NCBI GenBank assembly: GCA_016213595.1
Contig: JACRAA010000041.1
Span: forward strand, 1 to 35,969
Direction of reading: 5' to 3'
DNA: 35,969 nucleotides
From: Actinomycetota bacterium
GTDB taxonomy: Bacteria; Actinomycetota; Actinomycetes; Propionibacteriales; Propionibacteriaceae
Shown: positions 17,980 through 25,397 of the stretch, one piece after another
Layout: each line of letters starts with the position of its first letter
Position numbering within the stretch: the stretch's first letter is position 1
Notes under the pieces: generated by a model
Databases searched by the model: none
Seen by the model: only the letters and a program-made list of their open reading frames with translations
What the model was told of the DNA's origin: nothing
Position numbers and translations under genes: made by a program

Positions 17980-18765
17980 GGCCGTGCGGCGCCACACGTA
18001 CGGCACGGTGGTCGTGATGGCGATCATCCCGCAGGCGGCCAGGATGGACCGGCTCATGACGGTGCAGTCCGCGTACAGGAACTTCACGCCCGCTGCCCGT
18101 GCCTCGCGTGCCCGTGCCTGGGTCAGCGCCCGGTAGACGCCGCGGTGGCGCCAGTCCTCCCGGATCGCGCCGCCCCACAGGCCGGCGAAGTCGGTGCCCG
18201 GCACACGATCGAGGCGGCCGCTGCCGACCACCTCACCGCTCGCTTCGGCGAACCACAGCGTGACCGAGGGGTTCCTGAGCCGACGCATCGTCATGTCGAC
18301 CATCCGGGGGATCTCGCCGAACACGCGGTTCTGGAAGGCGACCACACGCTCCACGTCGGCCAGCAGGTCTCCGTCGTCTCCCGCGCGGTGGATCGCGACG
18401 CCCTCCGGAACCGGGTCCTCACCCGCCAGGCCCGCGATCCGTCCCGCCATCACCGTCTCCCGCTCCTGAGGTCGCAGGGCGTGGGCGACGAGCAGGGAGC
18501 CGAGGTTCGCGGGCCCGTCGTGGTCGCGCGTCTTCCACTCGAACTCCTCGATGGACGGGTCGGAGACGAAGCTCTCGACCGTACGCGTGATGAGGGCCGA
18601 CAGCTCGTCAGCGGTGAGGCCGTTGAGGCTGCGGTACGTGACGAACCCGCGGCTCGGCATCCGCGCGACCCACAACGGTCCGTCGGTCCGGACGTCGTCG
18701 AAGTCCGAGGTTTCGACCGCCTCGCGCAGCTGGGCGTCATAGGCGGCCAGGAGACCGTGCCGCAT
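17965..18765 (-). CDS. GNAT family N-acetyltransferase with N-terminal extra domain
   Basis: C-terminal GNAT core: EVVGSGRL...IREDWRHRGVYRALTQARAREARAAGVKFLY. ATG 18765 was chosen; TTG 18795 is possible. Confidence 0.7.
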   Translation of the reverse strand: MRHGLLAAYDAQLREAVETSDFDDVRTDGPLWVARMPSRGFVTYRSLNGLTADELSALITRTVESFVSDPSIEEFEWKTRDHDGPANLGSLLVAHALRPQERETVMAGRIAGLAGEDPVPEGVAIHRAGDDGDLLADVERVVAFQNRVFGEIPRMVDMTMRRLRNPSVTLWFAEASGEVVGSGRLDRVPGTDFAGLWGGAIREDWRHRGVYRALTQARAREARAAGVKFLYADCTVMSRSILAACGMIAITTTVPYVWRRTALPLP

Positions 18766-18816
18766 GGCGGGCACTCTAGCCAACCGCGCTGTCAACGGAC
18801 GGCGGCAGGCCGACGC

Positions 18817-19263
18817 TCACGAGGGTTCAGCGGCGACCGCGCCGCCCGAGGAGCCGTCGAAGCGCCGGCCCAGCACGACGCAGTCCTGCTCCGCATAGCC
18901 GAGGGCCGCGTAGAAGCCCACGACTGCCGTGTTCGTACGGCGCACCATCAGCTGGATCTTCGGCATGCCGCGCTCCTCGACCCAGCGCTCGACTGCGGCC
19001 ACGAGGGCGAGGCCGATCCCTTCGCCACGCCGCGCAGGGTGCGCGGCGAGGTAGTAGACCCACCCGCGATGGCCGTCGACGCCGACCATGGCGGTACCCA
19101 CCAGCGTCTCGCCGTCGTACAGGCCGAGGACTGCCGAGGAGGGGCCGGCGACGGCGCGCGCGAAGTCGCCGTACGGGTCGTTCCAGGGCCGGGTGAGGTC
19201 GCTGGCGGTCCAGAGGTCCACCGCTGCGTCGGCCGCTTCGGTGCCGAGCTCGACGATCGTCAT
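18817..19263 (-). CDS. GNAT family N-acetyltransferase (YpeA-like, about 148 aa)
   Basis: LVGTAMVGVDGHRGWVYYLAAHPARRGEGIGLALVAAVERW...GFYAALGY. Start at ATG 19263 (MTIVEL). Confidence 0.8.
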   Translation of the reverse strand: MTIVELGTEAADAAVDLWTASDLTRPWNDPYGDFARAVAGPSSAVLGLYDGETLVGTAMVGVDGHRGWVYYLAAHPARRGEGIGLALVAAVERWVEERGMPKIQLMVRRTNTAVVGFYAALGYAEQDCVVLGRRFDGSSGGAVAAEPS

Positions 19264-19273
19264 GCCGGGGATG

Positions 19274-20158
19274 CTAGCGATGCTTGTCGGCCCGCCGGTG
19301 CTTGCGACGCTCCTCGGTGGCGTCACCGAGCAGCTCGGCGAGCGACAGGGGTCGTCGCCCGGTGAGGCGTTCGACGGCGTCGGTCACCGCAGACAGCTCG
19401 CCGGAGGCGATGGCGCTGTACGTGCTGACCCAGGCGTCGAGCTGCCACTGGGGCGCGCCGTACGACGCGCGAGACGCGTAGGCAGCCTCGAGGGTCTCGT
19501 TCTCGAACCGGTACGGACGGCCGGTGACGCGTCTCATGACCTCCGTGGCCTCGGCGAGGGTGAGCGCCTCCGGGCCGGTCAGGTCGTACGTGGCAGCGAC
19601 GTGGTCCTGGGGCGAGCGGAGCACCTCCGAGGCGACGCGGGCGACGTCCGCCCGTGCGACGCCGCCGAACCGGCCGTCGCCGGCGGGACCCCGGATGACG
19701 CCGCGCTCGTCGGCGAACAGCGGGAGGAAGTCGAGGTACAGGGAGTCGCGCAGGAACGTCCACCCCATGCCCGACAAGCGCAGCAGCTGCTCCGTGTGCC
19801 AGTGGTCGCGCGCGAGCGTGAACGTGGCGTCCGGGGCCGCGCCGAGGAACGACGTGTAGACGACGTGTCCGACTCCGGCGTCCGTGGCCGCCTGGACGAA
19901 CGTGCGGTGCTGTACGAGACGGTCGGCGCTCTCGGCGCCGGACACCATGAAGAGCAGGTCGACGCCCTCGAGGGCCTTCCGGGCGGACGGGCCATCTCCG
20001 TACGACGCCTGGACGACGTCACCCTCGAGGCCTGCCGGGAGCCTGGCGGGATCGCGGACCACGAGCCGAAGGGCTTGACCGGCGTCCTGCAGAGCGCGGG
20101 CGACGAGTCCGCCCACATGTCCTGTCGCGCCGGTGACGGCGATGAGTGTTCGCGCCAT
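19274..20158 (-). CDS. NmrA-like / SDR-family NAD(P)H-binding protein
   Basis: MARTLIAVTGATGHVGGLVARAL Rossmann motif. SD GAGGAG lies upstream. Confidence 0.8.
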   Translation of the reverse strand: MARTLIAVTGATGHVGGLVARALQDAGQALRLVVRDPARLPAGLEGDVVQASYGDGPSARKALEGVDLLFMVSGAESADRLVQHRTFVQAATDAGVGHVVYTSFLGAAPDATFTLARDHWHTEQLLRLSGMGWTFLRDSLYLDFLPLFADERGVIRGPAGDGRFGGVARADVARVASEVLRSPQDHVAATYDLTGPEALTLAEATEVMRRVTGRPYRFENETLEAAYASRASYGAPQWQLDAWVSTYSAIASGELSAVTDAVERLTGRRPLSLAELLGDATEERRKHRRADKHR

Positions 20159-20192
20159 GGAGGTCTCCTCGCCGGCCTTCAGCTGGCCGGGG

Positions 20193-20263
20193 AGCGGATG
20201 ACGGGAATCGAACCCGCAGGGCCAGCTTGGACGGCTGGGGCTCTGCCATTGAGCTCCATCCGC
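20193..20263 (-). tRNA. tRNA-Gly(UCC)-like gene with non-canonical G8 and G33; CCA not encoded
   Basis: Reverse strand: GCGGATG GA GCTC AATGGCA GAGC C CCAGC CGTCCAA GCTGG CCCT GCGGG TTCGATT CCCGT CATCCGC T. The cloverleaf is complete. The anticodon loop is C-G-TCC-A-A. Confidence 0.75.
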
Positions 20264-20522
20264 GCGGCCCGAGGGGCCGGGACGACTGTACCGGACGAAG
20301 ACGCCCCGCCACGAGACAGGTCCGCCGGGGATGGATGGCTCCCCGACCGCTCATCGGCACGGATGAGGGGCTTGTCAAGGGTCCAGTGAGGACCGGCGGG
20401 CATGCGTGAAGCGTGCGACCAGGGTTCCTGCCAGCCCATCCTGGACTCGCCCCTGGACGCACGCTCCACTCCAGCAGAGGTGCTCCGTGCTACTGGGTCA
20501 CGGTGTTCTCACTGCAGGCCGA

Positions 20523-21083
20523 CTAGAGCCCGAGCAGCTGGTTGAGCAGGTTGGCGAGGCCGTTCACGCCACCGTTGTTGTCGAGAAGCCCGGCCACGCT
20601 GCACAGAAGGTTGCCGAGCAGGTTCCCGTTGCCGGACTGTGCCGTGATGTTGAGGTGGACCGCGCTGAGATCCACGACCAGGCCGAGGAGGTCGAGGTGA
20701 AGCGGGCCCAGGTCCAGCGTGAGGATCTTGCAGGAGCCGCTGGGCGTCAGGTTACCGATCAGGGACGTCACCGTCTGGGTGATCGGGATCACCGTCCCGC
20801 TGACAGTTGTCAGGCTGCCCTGGAAGATGCCCTGCAGGCCGAGCTGGCCGTTCTGGTTGACGAACTGCGTCGGCGTGAACGTACCGGTCAAGGTTCCGAC
20901 CCCGGCGATGACCTGGTTGATCGGGATGACGGTCTGCGAGAGCGTCGCCTGCGTGGATGGTGCGGCTGCCGGAGCCACGGCTGCCTCGGAGATGGGCGCC
21001 GCCGAAGCAGGTAAGGCGCTGAGGCCCATGGAGAGCCCGAGTACTGCGGATGCCGCCAGGGAAATGACGCGTACTGGTCGCAT
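20523..21083 (-). CDS. Secreted hypothetical protein (186 aa), Leu/Gly/Asn/Thr-rich
   Basis: Start at ATG 21083 after GAGGAAGG. Signal peptide MRPVRVISLAASAVLGLSMGLSALPASA. Internal repeat TVIPINQ.../TVIPITQ.... C-terminal LDLGPLHLDLLGLVVDL...GNLLGNLLCSVAGLL. Confidence 0.7.
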   Translation of the reverse strand: MRPVRVISLAASAVLGLSMGLSALPASAAPISEAAVAPAAAPSTQATLSQTVIPINQVIAGVGTLTGTFTPTQFVNQNGQLGLQGIFQGSLTTVSGTVIPITQTVTSLIGNLTPSGSCKILTLDLGPLHLDLLGLVVDLSAVHLNITAQSGNGNLLGNLLCSVAGLLDNNGGVNGLANLLNQLLGL

Positions 21084-21285
21084 TGTGATGCCTTCCTCTC
21101 TGCGTCCCGGATCGGTCTGACCCGGTATTGGGTGCCCGTACCCACCGATCCTGAGCACAAACCCACAGTGACTAGGTCTGGCGTCTGTCCGCCATGCCCT
21201 CTCGAGAGCCGCTCGAGCGACCGTCTGGATAGCCACTACCGTGAGATCCGGCTACCAACATCGGGACGAACATGGGGGTCGTGGA

Positions 21286-22059
21286 GTGACGGGATCACGT
21301 CTGTTCGACGTCGCGGGGCGCCTGGCCCTGGTGACAGGCTCGAACCGGGGGCTGGGCCACACCCTTGCCCGGGGGCTCGTGGCGGCTGGGGCACACGTGG
21401 TCGTCCACGGGCGGGACGAGGCCGCCGTGGCCGCGGCCGCCGAGGAGCTGCGCGGGCAGGGCGACGGGCAGGTCTCCACGGTGACCTTCGACGTCACGGA
21501 CGCGAGCGCTGTGGCCGCTGCGATCGGCGACCTCATCGAGCGGCTCGGCGTCCCCGACATCCTGGTCAACAACGCCGGCGTCCAACGCCGCGCCCCGTTC
21601 ACCGAGTTCGACCCGGCGGACTGGGACCTCGTCCTGTCCACCAACCTCTCGAGCGTGTTCTACGTCTCCAAGGCGGTCGCGGCGGCCATGACGGCTCGGG
21701 GCTCCGGGAAGATCATCAACATCGGCTCCGTACAGTCGCAGCTGGCCCGGCAGACGATCGCGCCCTACTCGGCGTCCAAGGGCGGGGTGGCGATGCTCAC
21801 CAAAGGCATGGCCGCCGACCTCTCCCGGTCCGGGATCCAGGTCAACACGATCTCGCCCGGCTACTTCGCCACCGAGATGAACGAAGCGCTGTGGTCGGAT
21901 CCGGCGTTCGACGACTGGGTGAAGAAGCGCACGCCCGCCCAGCGCTGGGGCAAGCTCGACGAGCTGGTCGGGACTCTGCTCTTCCTGGCCTCGGACGCTT
22001 CGAGCTTCGTCACCGGGCAGAACATCTTCGTCGACGGCGGCATGACGGCGGTCGTCTGA
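21286..22059 (+). CDS. SDR family oxidoreductase (gluconate 5-dehydrogenase / KduD-like)
   Basis: LVTGSNRGLG, NNAG and YSASKGG catalytic motifs, plus PGYFATEM. GTG 21286 was chosen; the track start at 21241 is possible. Confidence 0.8.
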   Translation: MTGSRLFDVAGRLALVTGSNRGLGHTLARGLVAAGAHVVVHGRDEAAVAAAAEELRGQGDGQVSTVTFDVTDASAVAAAIGDLIERLGVPDILVNNAGVQRRAPFTEFDPADWDLVLSTNLSSVFYVSKAVAAAMTARGSGKIINIGSVQSQLARQTIAPYSASKGGVAMLTKGMAADLSRSGIQVNTISPGYFATEMNEALWSDPAFDDWVKKRTPAQRWGKLDELVGTLLFLASDASSFVTGQNIFVDGGMTAVV

Positions 22060-22095
22060 GAGGCCCTGGCCAGCGGACTCGAGGGCAGCGCTCCC

Positions 22096-22216
22096 GCTGA
22101 CTCCCGCGCCGGAGTGGTCATGGACGCTTCGCTCGCCGTCCCGGCGGCTGACTCCCGTGAGCTGGTGGTTCTCAGCCCTGTCCAGCGCCTCATAACCACT
22201 GCGGCACGGGAGTCAG
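22096..22216. repeat. Intergenic direct plus inverted repeat set built on GCTGACTCCCG
   Basis: GCTGACTCCCG occurs at 22096-22106 and 22147-22157. The 12-bp sequence CTGACTCCCGTG (22148-22159) is a perfect inverted match to CACGGGAGTCAG (22205-22216). Confidence 0.7.
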
Positions 22217-22251
22217 GCTTCGCACGCCGCCGACTCCCCCGGACACGCCTC

Positions 22252-23700
22252 CTAGCCCGGCGGGCCGTACCGGGGGATGATGATGCCCGCCAGGGCCAGC
22301 CACGTGGCGAAGACGAACCACGCGCAGAGGACGGCGAAGACCGCGATCCGTACGTTCGGGTTCGGGAAGGTACGTGTGGCCAGCTGCTCGAAGCCGCGTG
22401 CAACGAAGTAGGCGACGGGGAGCAGCATCGGCAGGACATATCGACCCTGCGGCTGGAAGTCCTGCGTGTACGAGTGGTAGATGCTCAACGCGACAGGGAT
22501 GGGGATCGCGACGAGCAGCACGCCGTGGAGCAGCCCCTGGTCCCAGGACGTCAGCCCGGGCGCGGAGAGCTCCAGATCCTCGGCGCCGGACGTGCCCTGC
22601 TCACCGGCCTTCGTCCCGCGCCGTGCACCCCACCTCACCACGCCGGGGACCAGCGCGCCCATCCCGGCGACCGTGATGGCGGCGTAGCCGCCGTAGATCG
22701 CCGCCGGCAGGCGCACCGTCTTGTAGCCGAACAGGCCGACGGAGCTCATGCCGGTGATGACGATCCAGCCGTGGTGAACGAGCATGTCCCAGAGGCCCCA
22801 GCCCTTGGCGAGCGCGGACGAGGCGCCCGGCTTGGCGAAGTCCCGGCCGTACAGCATCCCCTGCTCGCCGGACGTCCTGAGCCCCAGGAAGTCCCCGTTG
22901 TACAGGTAGGCGTTCCGGATGAACCACCAGCCGGCCAGGACGAGCACGACGGCGCAGATCATCCCCAGCTGGACCAGGGTCTGCCGCAGGTGCGCGGGGC
23001 GTTCGCCGACGGGAGCGCGGCGCCAGGCGCGGAGGCGGTCGGCCAGGTAGACGACGACGCTGAGAAGCACGAACCCGTACGCCGTGAAGTAGGACAGGAG
23101 GCACACGGAGATCGCCAGCCCCAGCAGCAGGACGTTCCCCGTCCCCCACCCGTCACGGAGCCCTCGCAGCCAGGCGTAGATGATCAGCGCGGCCGAGAAG
23201 ATCGCCAGGGAGTCGCTGTTGAGGTAGCAGCTGAGGAAGGCCAACTGGGGCAGAAGCGCGATGAAGGCGACGAAGAACCAGCGCCAGATCCCGTGGAGCA
23301 GCCTGCGGGAGATGAGGATGCTCAGCGCCACCGTGCCGGTCCCGAAGATCACGGAGGCGAACCGTGATGCCAGGTACAGGACGTGACCGTCCGTGCTGAA
23401 CAGGCTCGCGATGGAACGCAGCAACGCCGCGACGAGCGCCGCCAGGATCGGCTCGAAGGCGTACGAGGTGCCCCAGATCGCGTCGCGGGTCGCGGGATCC
23501 GTGCCCGACGGGATGACGTGGCGCTCCGAGATGTACCGCACGAGGCGGTACCGCATGTTCTCGTCCGGGGCCGCGTCGAACGGGACAGTCCAGGCCCAGG
23601 TGGTGTAGAGCACGAAGCAGGCGACGATGAAGGTCACCGGGAGCAGCCGCTCGACGGACGAGGCGAGCCGTTCGGAGCCCCTCGTCGCTCCGGTCGTCAC
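22252..23700 (-). CDS. GT-C fold glycosyltransferase, ArnT/PMT_2-like (family 39/83-like), polytopic membrane protein
   Basis: There are many TM segments. The first extracytoplasmic loop carries PDENMRYRL, an ArnT-type DExRY motif. GTG 23700 overlaps the gtrA-like stop (GTGA). The 779-aa track ORF is an in-frame artefact upstream of this start. Confidence 0.75.
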   Translation of the reverse strand: MTTGATRGSERLASSVERLLPVTFIVACFVLYTTWAWTVPFDAAPDENMRYRLVRYISERHVIPSGTDPATRDAIWGTSYAFEPILAALVAALLRSIASLFSTDGHVLYLASRFASVIFGTGTVALSILISRRLLHGIWRWFFVAFIALLPQLAFLSCYLNSDSLAIFSAALIIYAWLRGLRDGWGTGNVLLLGLAISVCLLSYFTAYGFVLLSVVVYLADRLRAWRRAPVGERPAHLRQTLVQLGMICAVVLVLAGWWFIRNAYLYNGDFLGLRTSGEQGMLYGRDFAKPGASSALAKGWGLWDMLVHHGWIVITGMSSVGLFGYKTVRLPAAIYGGYAAITVAGMGALVPGVVRWGARRGTKAGEQGTSGAEDLELSAPGLTSWDQGLLHGVLLVAIPIPVALSIYHSYTQDFQPQGRYVLPMLLPVAYFVARGFEQLATRTFPNPNVRIAVFAVLCAWFVFATWLALAGIIIPRYGPPG

Positions 23701-24134
23701 CCCCGCCTCGTCGTCGTCGGCGTTCGCGTCGCGGCGCGCCGGAAGGAGAAGAACCTGTGTCCGAGGAAGCTGCCGATCGCGACCACGACGGTGATGACGA
23801 CCTGCGCGAGCACGGGGTTCATCCGGAGCCCCTCGACGAACAGCGGGGCGGCGGCGATGGGGGCGATCATGCCCGAGCCCCACACGACCATGAACCGGAG
23901 CAGGTCTCCGCGGAGCGACCCGGTCGAGTGGAAGACGAAGCGCCGGTACAGCGGGAAGGCGACGGGTATCGGCGCGACCTGGGAGAACACCGTCGCCAGC
24001 ATGTAGTGCCAGCCGAGGCGCAGGCCCAGCGCGACCATCGCCCAGCTCAGGACGGAGACCCCGCCAGCGGCCATCAGGTACCGCACCTCTGTGCGCCGGA
24101 GGACCGAGGCAGCCTGGTCCAGGCGCATGTTCAT
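23697..24134 (-). CDS. GtrA family protein (putative lipid-linked sugar translocase)
   Basis: About 145 aa with four hydrophobic segments. RYLMAAGGVSVLSW...FPLYRRFVFH...GSFLGHRFFSF is typical of GtrA. Confidence 0.75.
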   Translation of the reverse strand: MNMRLDQAASVLRRTEVRYLMAAGGVSVLSWAMVALGLRLGWHYMLATVFSQVAPIPVAFPLYRRFVFHSTGSLRGDLLRFMVVWGSGMIAPIAAAPLFVEGLRMNPVLAQVVITVVVAIGSFLGHRFFSFRRAATRTPTTTRRG

Positions 24135-24211
24135 GTGTAGAGCGTAACTGCCGGCTGAGGCCCGGCTGTGACTGCTGGCTTCGGTCGGCCCGGCGGGTAA
24201 GGTCTCCACCC

Positions 24212-25351
24212 GTGGCCCGCCTGCTGTTCTCCGTCCCGTACGTCACCGGATCCGAGTCGACGTACGTCGCCCAGGCGATGGCCTCCGACCATTGGCAGGG
24301 CGACGGACCCTTCACGAGACGCGCCGTGGCCCTGCTGCAGCAGCTCACCGCCGCGAGGGGAGTCATCCTCACGACCTCCTGTACGCACGCGCTCGAGCTC
24401 GCGGCCGTCCTCGTCGGGTTGAAGCCCGGCGACGAGGTGATCTGCCCGAGCTTCACGTTCTCGTCGACCGCGACCGCGATCGTCTCCAGGGGCGCCGTGC
24501 CCGTCTTCGTCGACATCGAGCCACGCACCCTGAACATCGACCCGGCAGCCGCGGAGGCCGCGATCACGCTGAGGACGAAGGCGATGTTCATCCTCCACTA
24601 CGGAGGCGTGGCCGCTGACCTCGACCAGCTCCTCGCGATCGCGGACCGGTACGGGCTGGCGCTCGTGGAGGACAACGCCCACGGGCTGGGCGCGAGGTTC
24701 CGTGGCCGTCACCTCGGCACGTTCGGCACGTTGGGGACGCAGAGCTTCCACGAGACGAAGAACGTCGCGATGGGGGAGGGCGGCGCGTTGCTCGTCCAGG
24801 ATCCCGAGCTCCTGGCTCGCGCTGAGATCGTGCGCGACAAGGGTACGAACCGCGCGCGGTTCTGGCGGGGCGAGATCGACAAGTACACGTGGGTGGACGA
24901 AGGCTCGTCGTACCTGCCGAGCGACATCCTGGCGGCGGTGCTCTGCGCGCAGCTCGAGGGGTTCGACGACATCCAGGCGAAGCGGATGCACGTCTGGGAC
25001 CGCTACGACACGGAGCTCGCCGACTGGGCGGGCCGGTCGGGCGTCGACCAGATGTACGTCCCGCCGGAACGTTCCCAGCCGGCGCACCTGTACGTCCTGA
25101 TGATGCCCTCCGCCGAGGACCAGCACGGGCTGATCCAGCACCTGCGCGAACGCGACGTCGTCGCGACGTTCCACTACCAGCCGCTCGACCAGTCGCCCGC
25201 CGGCCTGGCCTTCGGGCGCGCCCCCGAGCCGTGCACGGTCACGTACGACCGGGCCGCCCGGCTGGTCAGGCTGCCGGTCTACGCGAGGATGACGGACGCC
25301 GACATCGACCGCGTCATCGAGGGCGTGACCTCGTACACCCCGTGCTGCTGA
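24212..25351 (+). CDS. DegT/DnrJ/EryC1/StrS aminotransferase, WecE-like (dTDP-4-amino-4,6-dideoxyhexose transaminase)
   Basis: It aligns by eye along its whole length with E. coli WecE: GDGPFTRR, PSFTFSSTA, FHETKN (the PLP lysine), REKGTNR-like RDKGTNRARFWRGEIDKYTWVDEGSSYLPSD, and FHYQPL. Confidence 0.85.
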   Translation: MARLLFSVPYVTGSESTYVAQAMASDHWQGDGPFTRRAVALLQQLTAARGVILTTSCTHALELAAVLVGLKPGDEVICPSFTFSSTATAIVSRGAVPVFVDIEPRTLNIDPAAAEAAITLRTKAMFILHYGGVAADLDQLLAIADRYGLALVEDNAHGLGARFRGRHLGTFGTLGTQSFHETKNVAMGEGGALLVQDPELLARAEIVRDKGTNRARFWRGEIDKYTWVDEGSSYLPSDILAAVLCAQLEGFDDIQAKRMHVWDRYDTELADWAGRSGVDQMYVPPERSQPAHLYVLMMPSAEDQHGLIQHLRERDVVATFHYQPLDQSPAGLAFGRAPEPCTVTYDRAARLVRLPVYARMTDADIDRVIEGVTSYTPCC

Positions 25352-25361
25352 CAGCCATGTA

Positions 25362-25377
25362 GGGCCGGCGCCGGCCC
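25362..25377. terminator. GC-rich palindrome GGGCCGGCGCCGGCCC between convergent genes; candidate bidirectional terminator
   Basis: Perfect 16-bp palindrome in the 46-bp gap between the wecE-like and GT2 stops. No U-tract. Confidence 0.45.
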
Positions 25378-25397
25378 CGGAGGATGCGCCGCCGTGG

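Noticed and set aside
18790-18795. TTGACA followed by TAGAGT upstream of the 276-aa GNAT gene, as a sigma-70-type promoter with a leaderless ATG.
   Set aside because: The spacer between the two hexamers is only 11 nt, far from the 16-19 nt required.
19274-20522. Genomic island integrated at the tRNA-Gly gene.
   Set aside because: No integrase, excisionase or other mobile-element gene lies on either side. I could not find a direct repeat of the tRNA 3' end in the flanking sequence by eye. The flanking genes have the same composition as the rest of the window.
22252-24591. Single 779-aa ORF in the track spanning the GT-C gene and upstream sequence.
   Set aside because: Upstream of GTG 23700 the translation is Arg/Pro-rich nonsense, and that region is occupied in another frame by a good GtrA-like gene. 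The GT-C start was therefore set at 23700, which overlaps the gtrA-like stop.
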